Positions 10,591 to 29,329 of a stretch of 64,000 nt of DNA are shown here, in pieces (the stretch's first letter is position 1; every line of letters starts with the position of its first letter). The stretch lies in the sequence record OQ992562.1, one strand, 5' to 3'. The notes beneath the pieces are model-generated. The model was not told the DNA's origin and made no database searches. It was given only the letters and a program-made list of their open reading frames with translations. The position numbers were made by a program, and so were the translations under genes.

Positions 10591-13500
10591 TAGTGTTTCC
10601 TCTATATACAGCTACAAGATGTTTTCCAGCTGCCCACAAGATACCAGTTGTTGTAGCAATGATTTTAGGAGATAGAACCATTCGTTCTTCTACCGATGTA
10701 TTACCGAATAGTAGATCAATATTACGGCCATCTTCAGTTTCATTACGTCCAGTCATTACACGGGAGAATACCGTTTTCATCTGGTTAGCTACTACGCCTT
10801 TATCTCCAACACCACATGGGATATCATGATCGATATACACTCGAATAATCATGTGGTCATATTCTAAGGCTCGTCCTTTCACTCGATAGTTAGCATCTAC
10901 TTGTCCAGTGAAAGTAGGTTCTTTCAATGATTTAGCTCGTTCAGCGCGTTGTTTATCTGACGTATTAGCTAATGCTTGTAAACTTGGTGTCATATCGTCT
11001 ATTTCACCATGATAGAAGCATTCAATCTTTGATACTGTACCTACGAGCTTAGCACGTGGCGAATATGCTGATAGTTTGCGTAATGTCTCAATAGATGCCT
11101 CGTCATATAGTGAGTGAGCAGCTGTTTCAGGATCTTCAATTATACATAGAATTGAATTTAAGTCGACATGATCCCCAACTTTCACCATATCTCGAATAGT
11201 CTGATCAAACCTAACATCGATATTCTTGATTGCAGTTGTTTGAGTATTTAACCTTTTAGCTAGGTCTTCAGAAATAACTGAACCGTCTTCTAAAGTGTCA
11301 AGGTTATCATCAAATGCTACAACAGCCATACAACCGGCTTTCCATAATACTTGCCCAGGCGTATACCTATCTTCAGAGAAATAACGTTTGTTATATGTGA
11401 TAGTATCTCCACGTTTAAACTTATCACCTTTCTTTAATGAGGTAACAAGAATGTGTGGATAGTTAACACCAGCTGCTGTGCCATGAACTGTACCTAATTG
11501 ATATCCAAATACATTACCATCGGCATATTTAACTTGGATACCATATTCATCAATAGCTACAACCTCACCATCTTGTTCTGCTGCTACAGCAAAGATAGAA
11601 CTAGTCCTTTGGGCTATGATTTGTTCATAGCCTGTACGAACTGGTGTAACTGTATACCCATCAGCATAAATACCTTGCTGCTGCTGAATTGAGATAAAGT
11701 TAATTCGCTTAGGGTCATCATGTTCGGTTGCAACACCAAGCAGTGCACTAGTTGAGAGTAGTCTAGCTGGCCCATCTGTCTTTGGATCAAACATACGCGT
11801 AACACCACGCATGTTTACAAAGTTAGCATCAGGTACTAAGTAAGCAATAACACCAACGTCACCTGAGTCCACAGTTGATTCACTAACCACACCAACATCC
11901 GCTTCACCGTAAATACGTGTACGTGCAACCATTGAAGTTGGACCGCGTCCACCATCTCCACGATAAGTCATCGCTTCTTGTTCACGGATATTTGCAATGG
12001 GGTTAGAATCTTCAATAGTGGCTACTGTCGGATCTTGTACAATCTTGCGCCAGATCACGTGTGGATCTAACTCGACAGTTTGCACTGACCCACCATTACG
12101 CATATTAAATACACGTACCGCTCTATTGAGTTCATTAAAAATAGCCCCTGCCATGCGCTCATAACCACGATAGCGCATATATGCACCATCTACTTCTGCT
12201 GGACTCCAGTCGTTCGTTAATAACTCGACAGACCGATAAAGCAATCCTTCAAAAGTAGTTGGTTCACCCATCTCCTTGAGTAGACCCTCAGTGATTGGAT
12301 CGACCCATGCTGAGAAGAGTGTATCAATATCACGTGTAAATCTATTACTTAATCCAGCTTCTTCAAGAACCCTGAAGTAAACATCTCGTTTATTGAAATC
12401 ATAAACAGAATAACGCCGCAGTGATTTATGATAACGTTTGAGTCCACTTAATACAAGCATTGCTTTATAATCAGCTCGATCAAATACTAGGATCTCATCA
12501 GCGAACGCTAATGTATAATCCGTACTATTGACAACAATCCTGGTACCACGCTGATGACGCTGATAATTAACATTCAACTTCTTAAGTAGATTGTTTAAGC
12601 CATGGTGATATGCTAAAATGAAACCTAATGGTAGCTCTTTACCACCAATTGACATTAGAATAGCTTCTAACGGCGCTTTGGTTAGATCTAAGCCAAGTAT
12701 ATCTGTAATGGTACCAATAGGTTCTAGCTCATTACCTGTTTTCATGTAAAAGATGGAATTCTTATCTAACAAGATAGCATCAGTGCCATTGAACCCCACC
12801 ATTATCAAATCATCAGTTTCATAATCTTCGATATGTAATCCTTGTTTTGCAAAGAATTCATTACGATCTTTGAAATTAAAATAGAACACATTACGGTGAT
12901 TATGGAAGCCTTTAAAAGCTGTTCCTAAAGTAGTGTACACCCTTGGTAGAACATAGTTGGATTGATCTAATTCAGCATAGGTAACTGAATGTACAGACAT
13001 ATCACTTCCATCTAATGCACGGTTGGTAATCGCTCTGATTAACCAATTATCAAAGTTGTTTTCAGCACGTTCAGATCTGGTCACAAAGGTCTTATTATAA
13101 TAAGAGGTCAATGCAACTTTACGTGGATTAACTTTACGAATTGGAATATCAGCACGTTGTAAACGTTGGCGATATGTTACCCCATTAGACATGAACCTAC
13201 CGTCATTATCAATGACAGGGATACGGAACATTACTTGTGAACTTCTACCACGAATAGGCTTTAATGTAACTTTGTGGATTTGGTAATGGTTACCAGAATC
13301 GCGTACAGTTTCAATTTTGTAATTAGTTACTGATACGCCTTGTTTCTGAACAGATAACACACTGTTTAAAATATCTTTCTTTAATAAGACCTTGTTGTAT
13401 TTGCGTTGGATGGCTTTTAACTTACTACCCAACATTGATTTATCAACAATGGTTGGCTTATCTTCAAAAGTGGTGTCTTCTGGAATCTTAAGATCATCTG

Positions 13501-14929
13501 GATGATATTCCATCGCCTCAGCGATCGTCATAGGTTCTACTGATTCATCATTAGGATCGGTAAATGGATCAGGTAGACGACGATACATAATCGAATCTTC
13601 TTGAGCTTGCTCGAATGTATTCGCAGAAATCATATTCACGCGATACATGTCGTATGCTTTAGCTCTAATGGCATCGATTAGTTTATCTTCTTCATCAACT
13701 TCAGTATTGATGAATAACTCATCTTCTGGTACATCTGTTACAATGAGTTCCTTCTCTTCTTTAATTTGGCGAGAAGGTGAAGATTCCAGTGGATCTTTTT
13801 CAATGATAAGCTTTGTTACCTCAAGATCACTTTCTGGTGGTGGGGTATATGTTACCTCAATTGCGCCAATATCAATTAAGTTAGTTAAGTTGGTTGGGTC
13901 AAATTGAACATCATCAATAACATCAACTTCAGTTACTTCTTCTTCAACGTTATTAGACTCAACATCCTCAACCTCTTCTGCTTCACCTTCTTCATAACTA
14001 ACCGGAGTTTCTTCATCAACAATAATATCTTCATTAAAGATAGGCGTATCTTCTTTAATTAATGAAGTATTACCTTGGTTATATTCAACCATCGCTGATA
14101 CTAGTGAAATAAGGCGCCTAGCTATTTGCTGGGTATCATAACCTTTATCATCTTTAATTTCTGGATCACGACGCCATTGATCAAGCATCCCTAAGTTAAT
14201 AACAAAGAATGAACTTTGTACACGGAATAAAAGATTAATGTTACCGTAATACTTAGCATCGATGACATTCATGAAAGAACTTTCACGATCATCAGAAACC
14301 CAGCGAACTAAATCAAATATATTTAGAATATCAGGTGTATTGAATTGATTAGCTAGATCTTGAGTTAAACCCCCTCGTAGTTTATTAAAAGAAGAAGGAG
14401 GTGGAACTAACTCAGGTAAGTGTACATCAATGAACTGGTTCCAACCAGGAAAACGTTCACATGCAGCCGCTACGCCACTCCAGAATGTACGCATGTCATT
14501 TGACCAACGGAACCATGTAGCTTTATAAGAAGCCATATAATTCCATTGAGGGTTAATTAAATTATAATTCATTACCAGAATGTTCTGGTTTGATAATTTA
14601 AAACCGGTATCACTGCGTAAAGGTTTAAAGAAACGGTTCTGGCGGCGAAACTCTTGAATCATTGTTGCTGGGATATTTGAAGTCCTACGTGGATTACCTT
14701 CAAATGTAAGCATATCAGTAACATGCTCAATATATACTTTACCTTGATGTTTGGAGAATAATGGGTCTGTTTGACTAGGACCCATTACTGCATTATTACC
14801 ATCGAAGAACTGATAAATGGATTCGAAAGGTAGATCAAGTTTATTTAGAGCATGCAACTTAGGTGACTGAAGTTTAGCATATTCGCGTACACTATAATTT
14901 TTCAGAAACTGTGTAATATTTAAGCGCAT
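10574..14929 (-). CDS. rpoB: Virion RNA polymerase beta subunit (gp178-like)
   Basis: 1451 aa; beta motifs SESTVDSGDVG, FISIQQQQ, EDGSVISEDL and GDKGVVANQMKTV. Confidence 0.92.
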   Translation of the reverse strand: MRLNITQFLKNYSVREYAKLQSPKLHALNKLDLPFESIYQFFDGNNAVMGPSQTDPLFSKHQGKVYIEHVTDMLTFEGNPRRTSNIPATMIQEFRRQNRFFKPLRSDTGFKLSNQNILVMNYNLINPQWNYMASYKATWFRWSNDMRTFWSGVAAACERFPGWNQFIDVHLPELVPPPSSFNKLRGGLTQDLANQFNTPDILNIFDLVRWVSDDRESSFMNVIDAKYYGNINLLFRVQSSFFVINLGMLDQWRRDPEIKDDKGYDTQQIARRLISLVSAMVEYNQGNTSLIKEDTPIFNEDIIVDEETPVSYEEGEAEEVEDVESNNVEEEVTEVDVIDDVQFDPTNLTNLIDIGAIEVTYTPPPESDLEVTKLIIEKDPLESSPSRQIKEEKELIVTDVPEDELFINTEVDEEDKLIDAIRAKAYDMYRVNMISANTFEQAQEDSIMYRRLPDPFTDPNDESVEPMTIAEAMEYHPDDLKIPEDTTFEDKPTIVDKSMLGSKLKAIQRKYNKVLLKKDILNSVLSVQKQGVSVTNYKIETVRDSGNHYQIHKVTLKPIRGRSSQVMFRIPVIDNDGRFMSNGVTYRQRLQRADIPIRKVNPRKVALTSYYNKTFVTRSERAENNFDNWLIRAITNRALDGSDMSVHSVTYAELDQSNYVLPRVYTTLGTAFKGFHNHRNVFYFNFKDRNEFFAKQGLHIEDYETDDLIMVGFNGTDAILLDKNSIFYMKTGNELEPIGTITDILGLDLTKAPLEAILMSIGGKELPLGFILAYHHGLNNLLKKLNVNYQRHQRGTRIVVNSTDYTLAFADEILVFDRADYKAMLVLSGLKRYHKSLRRYSVYDFNKRDVYFRVLEEAGLSNRFTRDIDTLFSAWVDPITEGLLKEMGEPTTFEGLLYRSVELLTNDWSPAEVDGAYMRYRGYERMAGAIFNELNRAVRVFNMRNGGSVQTVELDPHVIWRKIVQDPTVATIEDSNPIANIREQEAMTYRGDGGRGPTSMVARTRIYGEADVGVVSESTVDSGDVGVIAYLVPDANFVNMRGVTRMFDPKTDGPARLLSTSALLGVATEHDDPKRINFISIQQQQGIYADGYTVTPVRTGYEQIIAQRTSSIFAVAAEQDGEVVAIDEYGIQVKYADGNVFGYQLGTVHGTAAGVNYPHILVTSLKKGDKFKRGDTITYNKRYFSEDRYTPGQVLWKAGCMAVVAFDDNLDTLEDGSVISEDLAKRLNTQTTAIKNIDVRFDQTIRDMVKVGDHVDLNSILCIIEDPETAAHSLYDEASIETLRKLSAYSPRAKLVGTVSKIECFYHGEIDDMTPSLQALANTSDKQRAERAKSLKEPTFTGQVDANYRVKGRALEYDHMIIRVYIDHDIPCGVGDKGVVANQMKTVFSRVMTGRNETEDGRNIDLLFGNTSVEERMVLSPKIIATTTGILWAAGKHLVAVYRGNTNAKAK

Positions 14930-14931
14930 GA

Positions 14932-15117
14932 TTAATCCCTTTGTTTGGGTTCCCCAGTCATGTACCGAAGAGTTAAATTGAGTGTATGGATACCAACACT
15001 AAATGCCAGTCGACCATCGGCATGTATATATGCAATACGTTTCTTAAAGAAAGCATCTGTTTCAGCGATAGCTTCCTCTGAATAAACTGCGTTAAATGAT
15101 ACAGTGTCTCCATCAAA
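14932..15117 (-). CDS. rpoC: Virion RNA polymerase beta' N-terminal subunit, exon 2 (61 aa)
   Basis: Reads FDGDTVSFNAVYSEEAIAETDAFFKKRIAYIHADGRLAFSVGIHTLNLTLRYMTGEPKQRD*, completing GAD-FDGD; stop lies 2 nt before the rpoB ATG. Confidence 0.92.
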   Translation of the reverse strand, partial: FDGDTVSFNAVYSEEAIAETDAFFKKRIAYIHADGRLAFSVGIHTLNLTLRYMTGEPKQRD

Positions 15118-15431
15118 CGTTATGTTCAGTATCAGTCGTTAATTGATACCCGCACCATTACGTGCAGCTCTAGCTCTCGCTAGAAGACCAGACTATATCT
15201 TCACCTACAGCATCATCTGTTTAGGTGCTCTCCATTTCGGATCACTTGATCCTACGGGGCGCAACCCCCTAGTCGTTGAACGTTCCACATATTACAGTTA
15301 AGTAACTTAGCGGCTTCGCTGCTGATTGTCTCTACCTAATCATTTTCAAACATTCGCACTTACTGTTTCCAGTTATGCTGTAGTTGATTAGTTTAACGAG
15401 AGTTTCCAGCAATTAGAAGAGTAAAACATAT

Positions 15432-16505
15432 TCATTTCGGAATATGTGGACTTATGTATTTTACTGCATAATTTCTAAAAATACAACCATGTTCAGATTT
15501 CCTTAGATGATAACCTAAGCAACCTGGTGTGACATTGAAAAACTCGGCGGCTTCCTTCAGTGAGTTTTTTATTAATACAGCTTCAGATTCTAATGATTCA
15601 ATATGAATTCTACGATGGGTTTCCACATACATGAGATTATCATTATTCCATGGTGTATCATCATCTTCGTATTTAAACTGTAATGACTGATTGTAAACAA
15701 GATTACTATTTTTAGTTAAACGTAATCTTAAAGTTTCACCATCTATACCAATTTCTCGGGCGCATTGTTCTATGCTGTAATAACGAGTTATATTGGTAGT
15801 TATAAGGTCTCTGACCAAAACTGCTTTGGAATTATGAAGTCCATTGATGTGCGCATGTTCGCAATTTCTTTTACGAGTAGCCCATTCAAGGTTTGTTAAA
15901 TCATTACAATCTTTAATTGTATTTAAATGATTCACATCAAGTGAATCAACATTACCTGGATATTTTAAAAAAGCTAGACTAAGAAGACGGTGCATTCCTA
16001 CAATTGTACGTTTACCTACATCCGGCTGAACACCATACATCAGATAACCATCTTCATTCATGTATGGTGAAAGATGATTACTGCTAACAGTACTAAGTAC
16101 TTGTCCAGCGCTATTAATCATGTATCTACTGTATCCGGGAATATAACAGTATTCTTTTATTAATGGATGGGTAAGTTCGCCTTCAGGACATGCCCAAATA
16201 AAATTAGTTAGGCGATGATTACTTTTATTACCGTCTTTGTAAATAACGCGTAGTTTATGTAGTAACCGCATTGGTAATATGCAGTTTCTATACGTAACAC
16301 CTAATACAACAGATAGTGCCAAACCGTCAAACCATTCACCTGTTGTATGTTCAGGAAAAAGATGTTCGCCTTCATCACTAACCATTGTGGTCAGTACGCG
16401 TTTACTTATACTTTCTCTAGCTATACCACTACAGCTGATTTCATACATGCCACCAGTGTGTGGTATCTTTTTAAATCCTGGATTTTCAATGAATTTTTTT
16501 AACAT
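15432..16505 (-). CDS. Intron-encoded HNH homing endonuclease (NUMOD4-HNH type, gp179-like)
   Basis: MHRLL...VNHLNTIKDCNDLTNLEW HNH motif preceded by a NUMOD4-like segment; lies inside the intron. Confidence 0.88.
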   Translation of the reverse strand: MLKKFIENPGFKKIPHTGGMYEISCSGIARESISKRVLTTMVSDEGEHLFPEHTTGEWFDGLALSVVLGVTYRNCILPMRLLHKLRVIYKDGNKSNHRLTNFIWACPEGELTHPLIKEYCYIPGYSRYMINSAGQVLSTVSSNHLSPYMNEDGYLMYGVQPDVGKRTIVGMHRLLSLAFLKYPGNVDSLDVNHLNTIKDCNDLTNLEWATRKRNCEHAHINGLHNSKAVLVRDLITTNITRYYSIEQCAREIGIDGETLRLRLTKNSNLVYNQSLQFKYEDDDTPWNNDNLMYVETHRRIHIESLESEAVLIKNSLKEAAEFFNVTPGCLGYHLRKSEHGCIFRNYAVKYISPHIPK

Positions 16506-16509
16506 GGTT

Positions 16510-16538
16510 GTTATCCTATTTATTTCCTATAGGATAAC
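16510..16538 (-). promoter_or_regulatory. Hairpin sequestering the RBS of the intron endonuclease
   Basis: Perfect 10-bp stem GTTATCCTAT/ATAGGATAAC; the 3' arm holds AGGA 8 nt before the ATG. Confidence 0.65.
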
Positions 16539-16560
16539 TAGATATACAGTATTACAATTA

Positions 16561-18030
16561 ATCCGCCCCCAATGGCGCGAGAATAGAAGGAGAGATGGAT
16601 ACTGAGTCATGCCACTGGGCTGGTTTATTTAATTCAAACACAGGGAATTCTAAGGCTGGTTCCAACGTATCATCACGTTCCCATTGATCATTTAACGGAT
16701 AACGTAATTCACCCACTACGGTTGTTTTAACATACATCTTACAGGGGATAGAGCTATTGTAGTTTTCTACAGGATATCGTGTAACAAACGCTGAGTTTGT
16801 TCGCCACATACTTAATCCACTAAGGTAAACTAATTCGGCATAAGTAATAGGTCTAACAAATTTCTTATTTAGATTAGTAGGTAACTCATCGATGTTGCGG
16901 AATATTTTAAAATTCTGTTTATCATCAACGTAAATAAGGGCTAGATAATGATCAGCAATTTCAATTGCACGTGAACGTTTTTCAATGACATCTAACTCAT
17001 TGATGATTTGTTCTTGCCCTTCAGGAGTTCCCCATAGATCCATATCTTCGTTAGAGATATCAACCCATTCTAAACGTAGTGTTTTCTTATTGATGAGCTG
17101 TACAGTGTTAGTAACTGTATCAAACACTTCACCAACTACACCTTGCCTTAGTGCAAAGATTGTACGTGGTGCAACAGAACGAGCTGCTTGATGTAAGCCA
17201 ACTACAGCATCTTTGAATGTTGGTCGATTAGGTGAATCAAGATCAGCCGCATTAGTATCTAGCGAACTAATGACGTTACGGGTACCATTGGCAATACGAC
17301 GGGATGCCCATTTAGATTGGATATAACCTCGTTTACTACCTGCTAATAACCTTTCATAATGTTCATAAATAGCTAATACTGTATTTTGCATCGCTACTCG
17401 TTTGCGATCATAGATACTCAAGTCATCGTTTGGTCCAAAACTGTCAGGTACACCAAACGACTGATTTAATAGATATCTATAATGTTCATTGACCTCATCC
17501 ATCTCAACACGATTATTCTCATCAATCTCTGCATCACGATAAGCAGCAGGTGTTACAATCATGTCTTTAAAAATACAGTTATCTTTATATTTTTCGATTA
17601 ATTGTAACCTTGATAGCCGAATCCCTGACTTAGTGGTCCCAAAGTCAATTCGTTTCCAGTTATCAAAAAAGAATGTATAACCAGTTTTACCAGTTAGTTC
17701 ATCAGCGCGGATAAAATCTTTAATAGATTCATCAAATACTGCAAATGCCTTACCAAGAATAATTTCTTCATAGAAAGCTTTTAATTTAATTAAGTTTCGA
17801 TATACAACTGGATGGATAAGTTCTAAACCTAAATGGATATATCCAAATAAACTCTCACGATCAGTTGATCCAACTCTTCCAAAAATGGAAACAGAGAACA
17901 AACCATCTTCATGAAAGTTACCACCTAAACCTTCAAATATCTCATGACTCTTTACTTGACCTAAGAACTTTAATTGTTCTTTAGTAGGAATAAGTAAAGA
18001 AATATTAAAAGGAACTAATGCCTTCTTCAT
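16561..18030 (-). CDS. rpoC: Virion RNA polymerase beta' N-terminal subunit, exon 1 (gp180-like); spliced product 551 aa
   Basis: FGYIHL, SRRIANGTRNVIS and VTRYPV motifs; ends at PLGAD, the first half of the catalytic motif. Confidence 0.92.
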
Positions 18031-18093
18031 TTTCTATTTTCCTATTTTGGTAATACTAAGTTAAACAACGATATGATACTTTACTAATCGTCA

Positions 18094-26869
<8,776 letters not shown>

Positions 26870-26927
26870 ATACTTGGAATAGTTATTTATTGTAACCATT
26901 CTTAAACCAATGTAATAGGTAATTAAC

Positions 26928-27233
26928 ATGTCTCTACTTAAAAAGATCGGTCTAGCTTTAATTGGATCAGAAGGACGTAAGGAAGTTTTTGAACAAGAAT
27001 TAACTAAACTATCAAATTCTAATGCAGTTATTGATCAAATGGTGATTAATTTACTGGGTAGTAAGAAGAAGTTAGATGACTTCCTAATTAAAGCTGAAGA
27101 AATTGATAATAAGAAACTAGGCTTCATTAAAAATCGAGCCGAACTTATTAAACTAGTCAAATCTAAATATTCACAAGACCCTCGGGTTGCCGATGTAGTA
27201 GTGTCACTTTACATTGGTGGTTTCATTTATTGA
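26928..27233 (+). CDS. Hypothetical protein, 101 aa
   Basis: AGGT RBS. Confidence 0.75.
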   Translation: MSLLKKIGLALIGSEGRKEVFEQELTKLSNSNAVIDQMVINLLGSKKKLDDFLIKAEEIDNKKLGFIKNRAELIKLVKSKYSQDPRVADVVVSLYIGGFIY

Positions 27234-27240
27234 GGTAAGT

Positions 27241-27933
27241 ATGTCTAAACCTAATCTTGAGTGGTTAGCTTCCTTAGAAAGTAAAGAAGCTAAGAGTACA
27301 GTAGATTCTTCCGATATGGATAATGATCAAAAGGAAGGTAGCGATAAGTCTCAACAAGATGAAGCTACTGAACCTGAGAAGAAAATTACTGCAACTGATG
27401 TACAAATTGCAATTGAAGAATATGCGCGTATCCGTGCATTAACCACTACTAAAGATCTTCCAACTGACCCTGAACCAGGTGATACTTATCATGTAAATGG
27501 GGTAGATTGGATTTATCAAGAAGATGGTGGATGGGTAACTATGCAAGGTATTTATGGCCATGAACATTTTGATGAAAATGGTCTAAATATTGAAGCAAGT
27601 GGCATTGACCAGAAATCAGGTGCAACTAAACGTTATGTGGTAACTGGTTATAATGCTCAGACTAACCCAGCTGCTATGCCTGGTGATAATCTGACTGAAT
27701 GTGTTATCCTAATGCAGAATGGACTTGTTCCAGAAGTTGGTGTAAATGGCCTAACTGCTGACTGTCTACTTAAAATCGTTAAAGATTTATTTGAAGGTTA
27801 TCAAGCAGGCCCATTTGCATGTGAAGAGAATCAGGTAGTGATTAATTCAATGGACCGTGCTCTTAGTGCAATTCATCAACGCCTCGTAAGACGTAAAGAA
27901 CAAGGTACTGAAGGTACCTATAGTGGTAATTGA
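27241..27933 (+). CDS. tad1: Tad1-like cyclic-nucleotide sponge with ~110-aa N-terminal extension
   Basis: C-terminal MQNG..GVNG..LLKIVKD..YQAGPFACEEN..R..RR..GTEGT matches the recalled Tad1 family pattern; GAGGT RBS before ATG 27241. Confidence 0.7.
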   Translation: MSKPNLEWLASLESKEAKSTVDSSDMDNDQKEGSDKSQQDEATEPEKKITATDVQIAIEEYARIRALTTTKDLPTDPEPGDTYHVNGVDWIYQEDGGWVTMQGIYGHEHFDENGLNIEASGIDQKSGATKRYVVTGYNAQTNPAAMPGDNLTECVILMQNGLVPEVGVNGLTADCLLKIVKDLFEGYQAGPFACEENQVVINSMDRALSAIHQRLVRRKEQGTEGTYSGN

Positions 27934-27940
27934 CATAAAT

Positions 27941-27958
27941 GCCTCCCTTCGGGGAGGC
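27941..27958 (+). terminator. Intrinsic terminator, UUCG loop
   Basis: GCCTCCC-TTCG-GGGAGGC followed by TTTATTT. Confidence 0.85.
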
Positions 27959-27988
27959 TTTATTTCGTATTAAAAAAAATTTGAGATT

Positions 27989-27996
27989 TATATTAC
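27989..27996 (+). promoter_or_regulatory. phiKZ-type early promoter (TATATTAC)
   Basis: A-tract then TTTGAGATTTATATTAC, upstream of ORF 28042. Confidence 0.8.
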
Positions 27997-28041
27997 TAGT
28001 GTGTAATTAGGAAACCATCTATCTAGTAAAGAGGAATCACA

Positions 28042-28596
28042 ATGAGCGTTGTAATTTTCACTGCCAGACCTATTGGTTATAAAGTTCCTGGCGCTAATTC
28101 CACTGTAAATAAGTTTGCACTAAATACAGCTAATGCACCTAGTGTATATAGTTCTTCACCAGGATCACCAATTACTGCTCAGGAGAGTAGTTGTATCTAT
28201 ACACTCACTTCAAATCATGAGTTAATCGCTGGGGACACCGATAAAGATAACTCCCTAATGAGTTTCAAACTAGTGCTTGCGTATAATAACGATACAGCTA
28301 ATTATCTAATTAGTACGCAGGTTATTGATAGTATCGATAAACTAAAAGGAGTGGAAATTATTAGTGAACTCAGTTTCAGTGTAATTGATACTGGTGCACA
28401 TATGATCCGTAGAGTGAATTCGATCGGTGTATGTGAGGCTGTCGCCGCTCGATGGTCTCCAGTTGCAATTGAACACGTGGCTAAAGCAACCGAGCGTGAG
28501 CACCCTGGTACTCCCATCGGTGATGCTCGTGAGATGATCGACTCTGGTGAAGACCTGGGTGACGTATGTACTTCATATATCAAATCGAGTAACTAG
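28042..28596 (+). CDS. Hypothetical early protein, 184 aa
   Basis: GAGGA RBS; first gene after the early promoter. Confidence 0.8.
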   Translation: MSVVIFTARPIGYKVPGANSTVNKFALNTANAPSVYSSSPGSPITAQESSCIYTLTSNHELIAGDTDKDNSLMSFKLVLAYNNDTANYLISTQVIDSIDKLKGVEIISELSFSVIDTGAHMIRRVNSIGVCEAVAARWSPVAIEHVAKATEREHPGTPIGDAREMIDSGEDLGDVCTSYIKSSN

Positions 28597-28597
28597 C

Positions 28598-28840
28598 ATG
28601 GTAGATAAAGACAAAACAATGGTAGATTTGATTAAGTCAGCGCAAGAACTGACTTCACATCTTGGCCCACTGAATAAAGTATTAACTACCATTAATCTAA
28701 TTGGTATGCCAGATGCTTTAAAAGAAGTAGTTAAACTCCCCGATGTAAAATGTGTTGTATATAAACGACCATTAACTGATAATCTAATTAAGGTTGTCTT
28801 TAATGATGGTAGTTGCTTTGTGATAAAAGATGTAAATTAA
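28598..28840 (+). CDS. Hypothetical protein (~80 aa)
   Basis: ATG directly after the upstream stop. Confidence 0.7.
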   Translation: MVDKDKTMVDLIKSAQELTSHLGPLNKVLTTINLIGMPDALKEVVKLPDVKCVVYKRPLTDNLIKVVFNDGSCFVIKDVN

Positions 28841-28870
28841 ACCACCACCGTAAATAGAGAGAGTACTAAA

Positions 28871-29275
28871 ATGTCCATCGAAACCACCAAGAAGTTTATC
28901 GAAACCCACAACCTAAATGAAAAAGTAAGCATGTCTGATGCCGGGGTATTTGAGATCCCTGACGGTCTATTTGAAGAAGTTGTTCTTCAACCAGCAGGCG
29001 TTACTGCCGAGCAGTATGCGCAGGTACATGAAGGTGCAGGTCAACTAGCAGCGGCTGTAAGTTATGTATTTGCTGAAAAAGCCGCACCGTACATGAAAGA
29101 AAATGAAAGCATTGCTGAGCTTGGTTATTCTTATAATGCAGGCGGTGCAACTGTTTCTGGTATCATTGATCGCAGTGGTGCTCTTGTAACAGTTGTAGAT
29201 ACCAAATATAAGAGTAGCGCTATGACTGACGTTGTTGAAAGTGTAGCCAGCTTCTTTGAAGATGTCAATAGCTAA
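28871..29275 (+). CDS. Hypothetical acidic protein, 134 aa
   Basis: GAGAG RBS; followed by a terminator. Confidence 0.8.
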   Translation: MSIETTKKFIETHNLNEKVSMSDAGVFEIPDGLFEEVVLQPAGVTAEQYAQVHEGAGQLAAAVSYVFAEKAAPYMKENESIAELGYSYNAGGATVSGIIDRSGALVTVVDTKYKSSAMTDVVESVASFFEDVNS

Positions 29276-29302
29276 TATATACTAGCTATTTCAATATAAT
29301 AA

Positions 29303-29329
29303 GATCAGTGGGTGCATTGCCCACTGGTC
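29303..29329 (+). terminator. Intrinsic terminator
   Basis: GATCAGTGGG-N7-CCCACTGGTC followed by ATTTTTT. Confidence 0.8.

Larger units (their letters stand above)
15118..16560 (-). mobile_element. Group I self-splicing intron (1443 nt) with homing endonuclease ORF
   Basis: 5' exon ends in U, intron starts UAAUUG and ends in G; core elements P AATTGCTGGAAAC (15414-15402), Q AATCAGCAG (15327-15319), R GTTCAACGACTAG (15281-15269), S AAGATATAGTCT (15201-15190). Confidence 0.93.

Noticed and set aside
16558-16560. Apparent stop codon of the 490-aa beta' ORF
   Set aside because: It is the first triplet of the intron; the true stop is at 14932-14934
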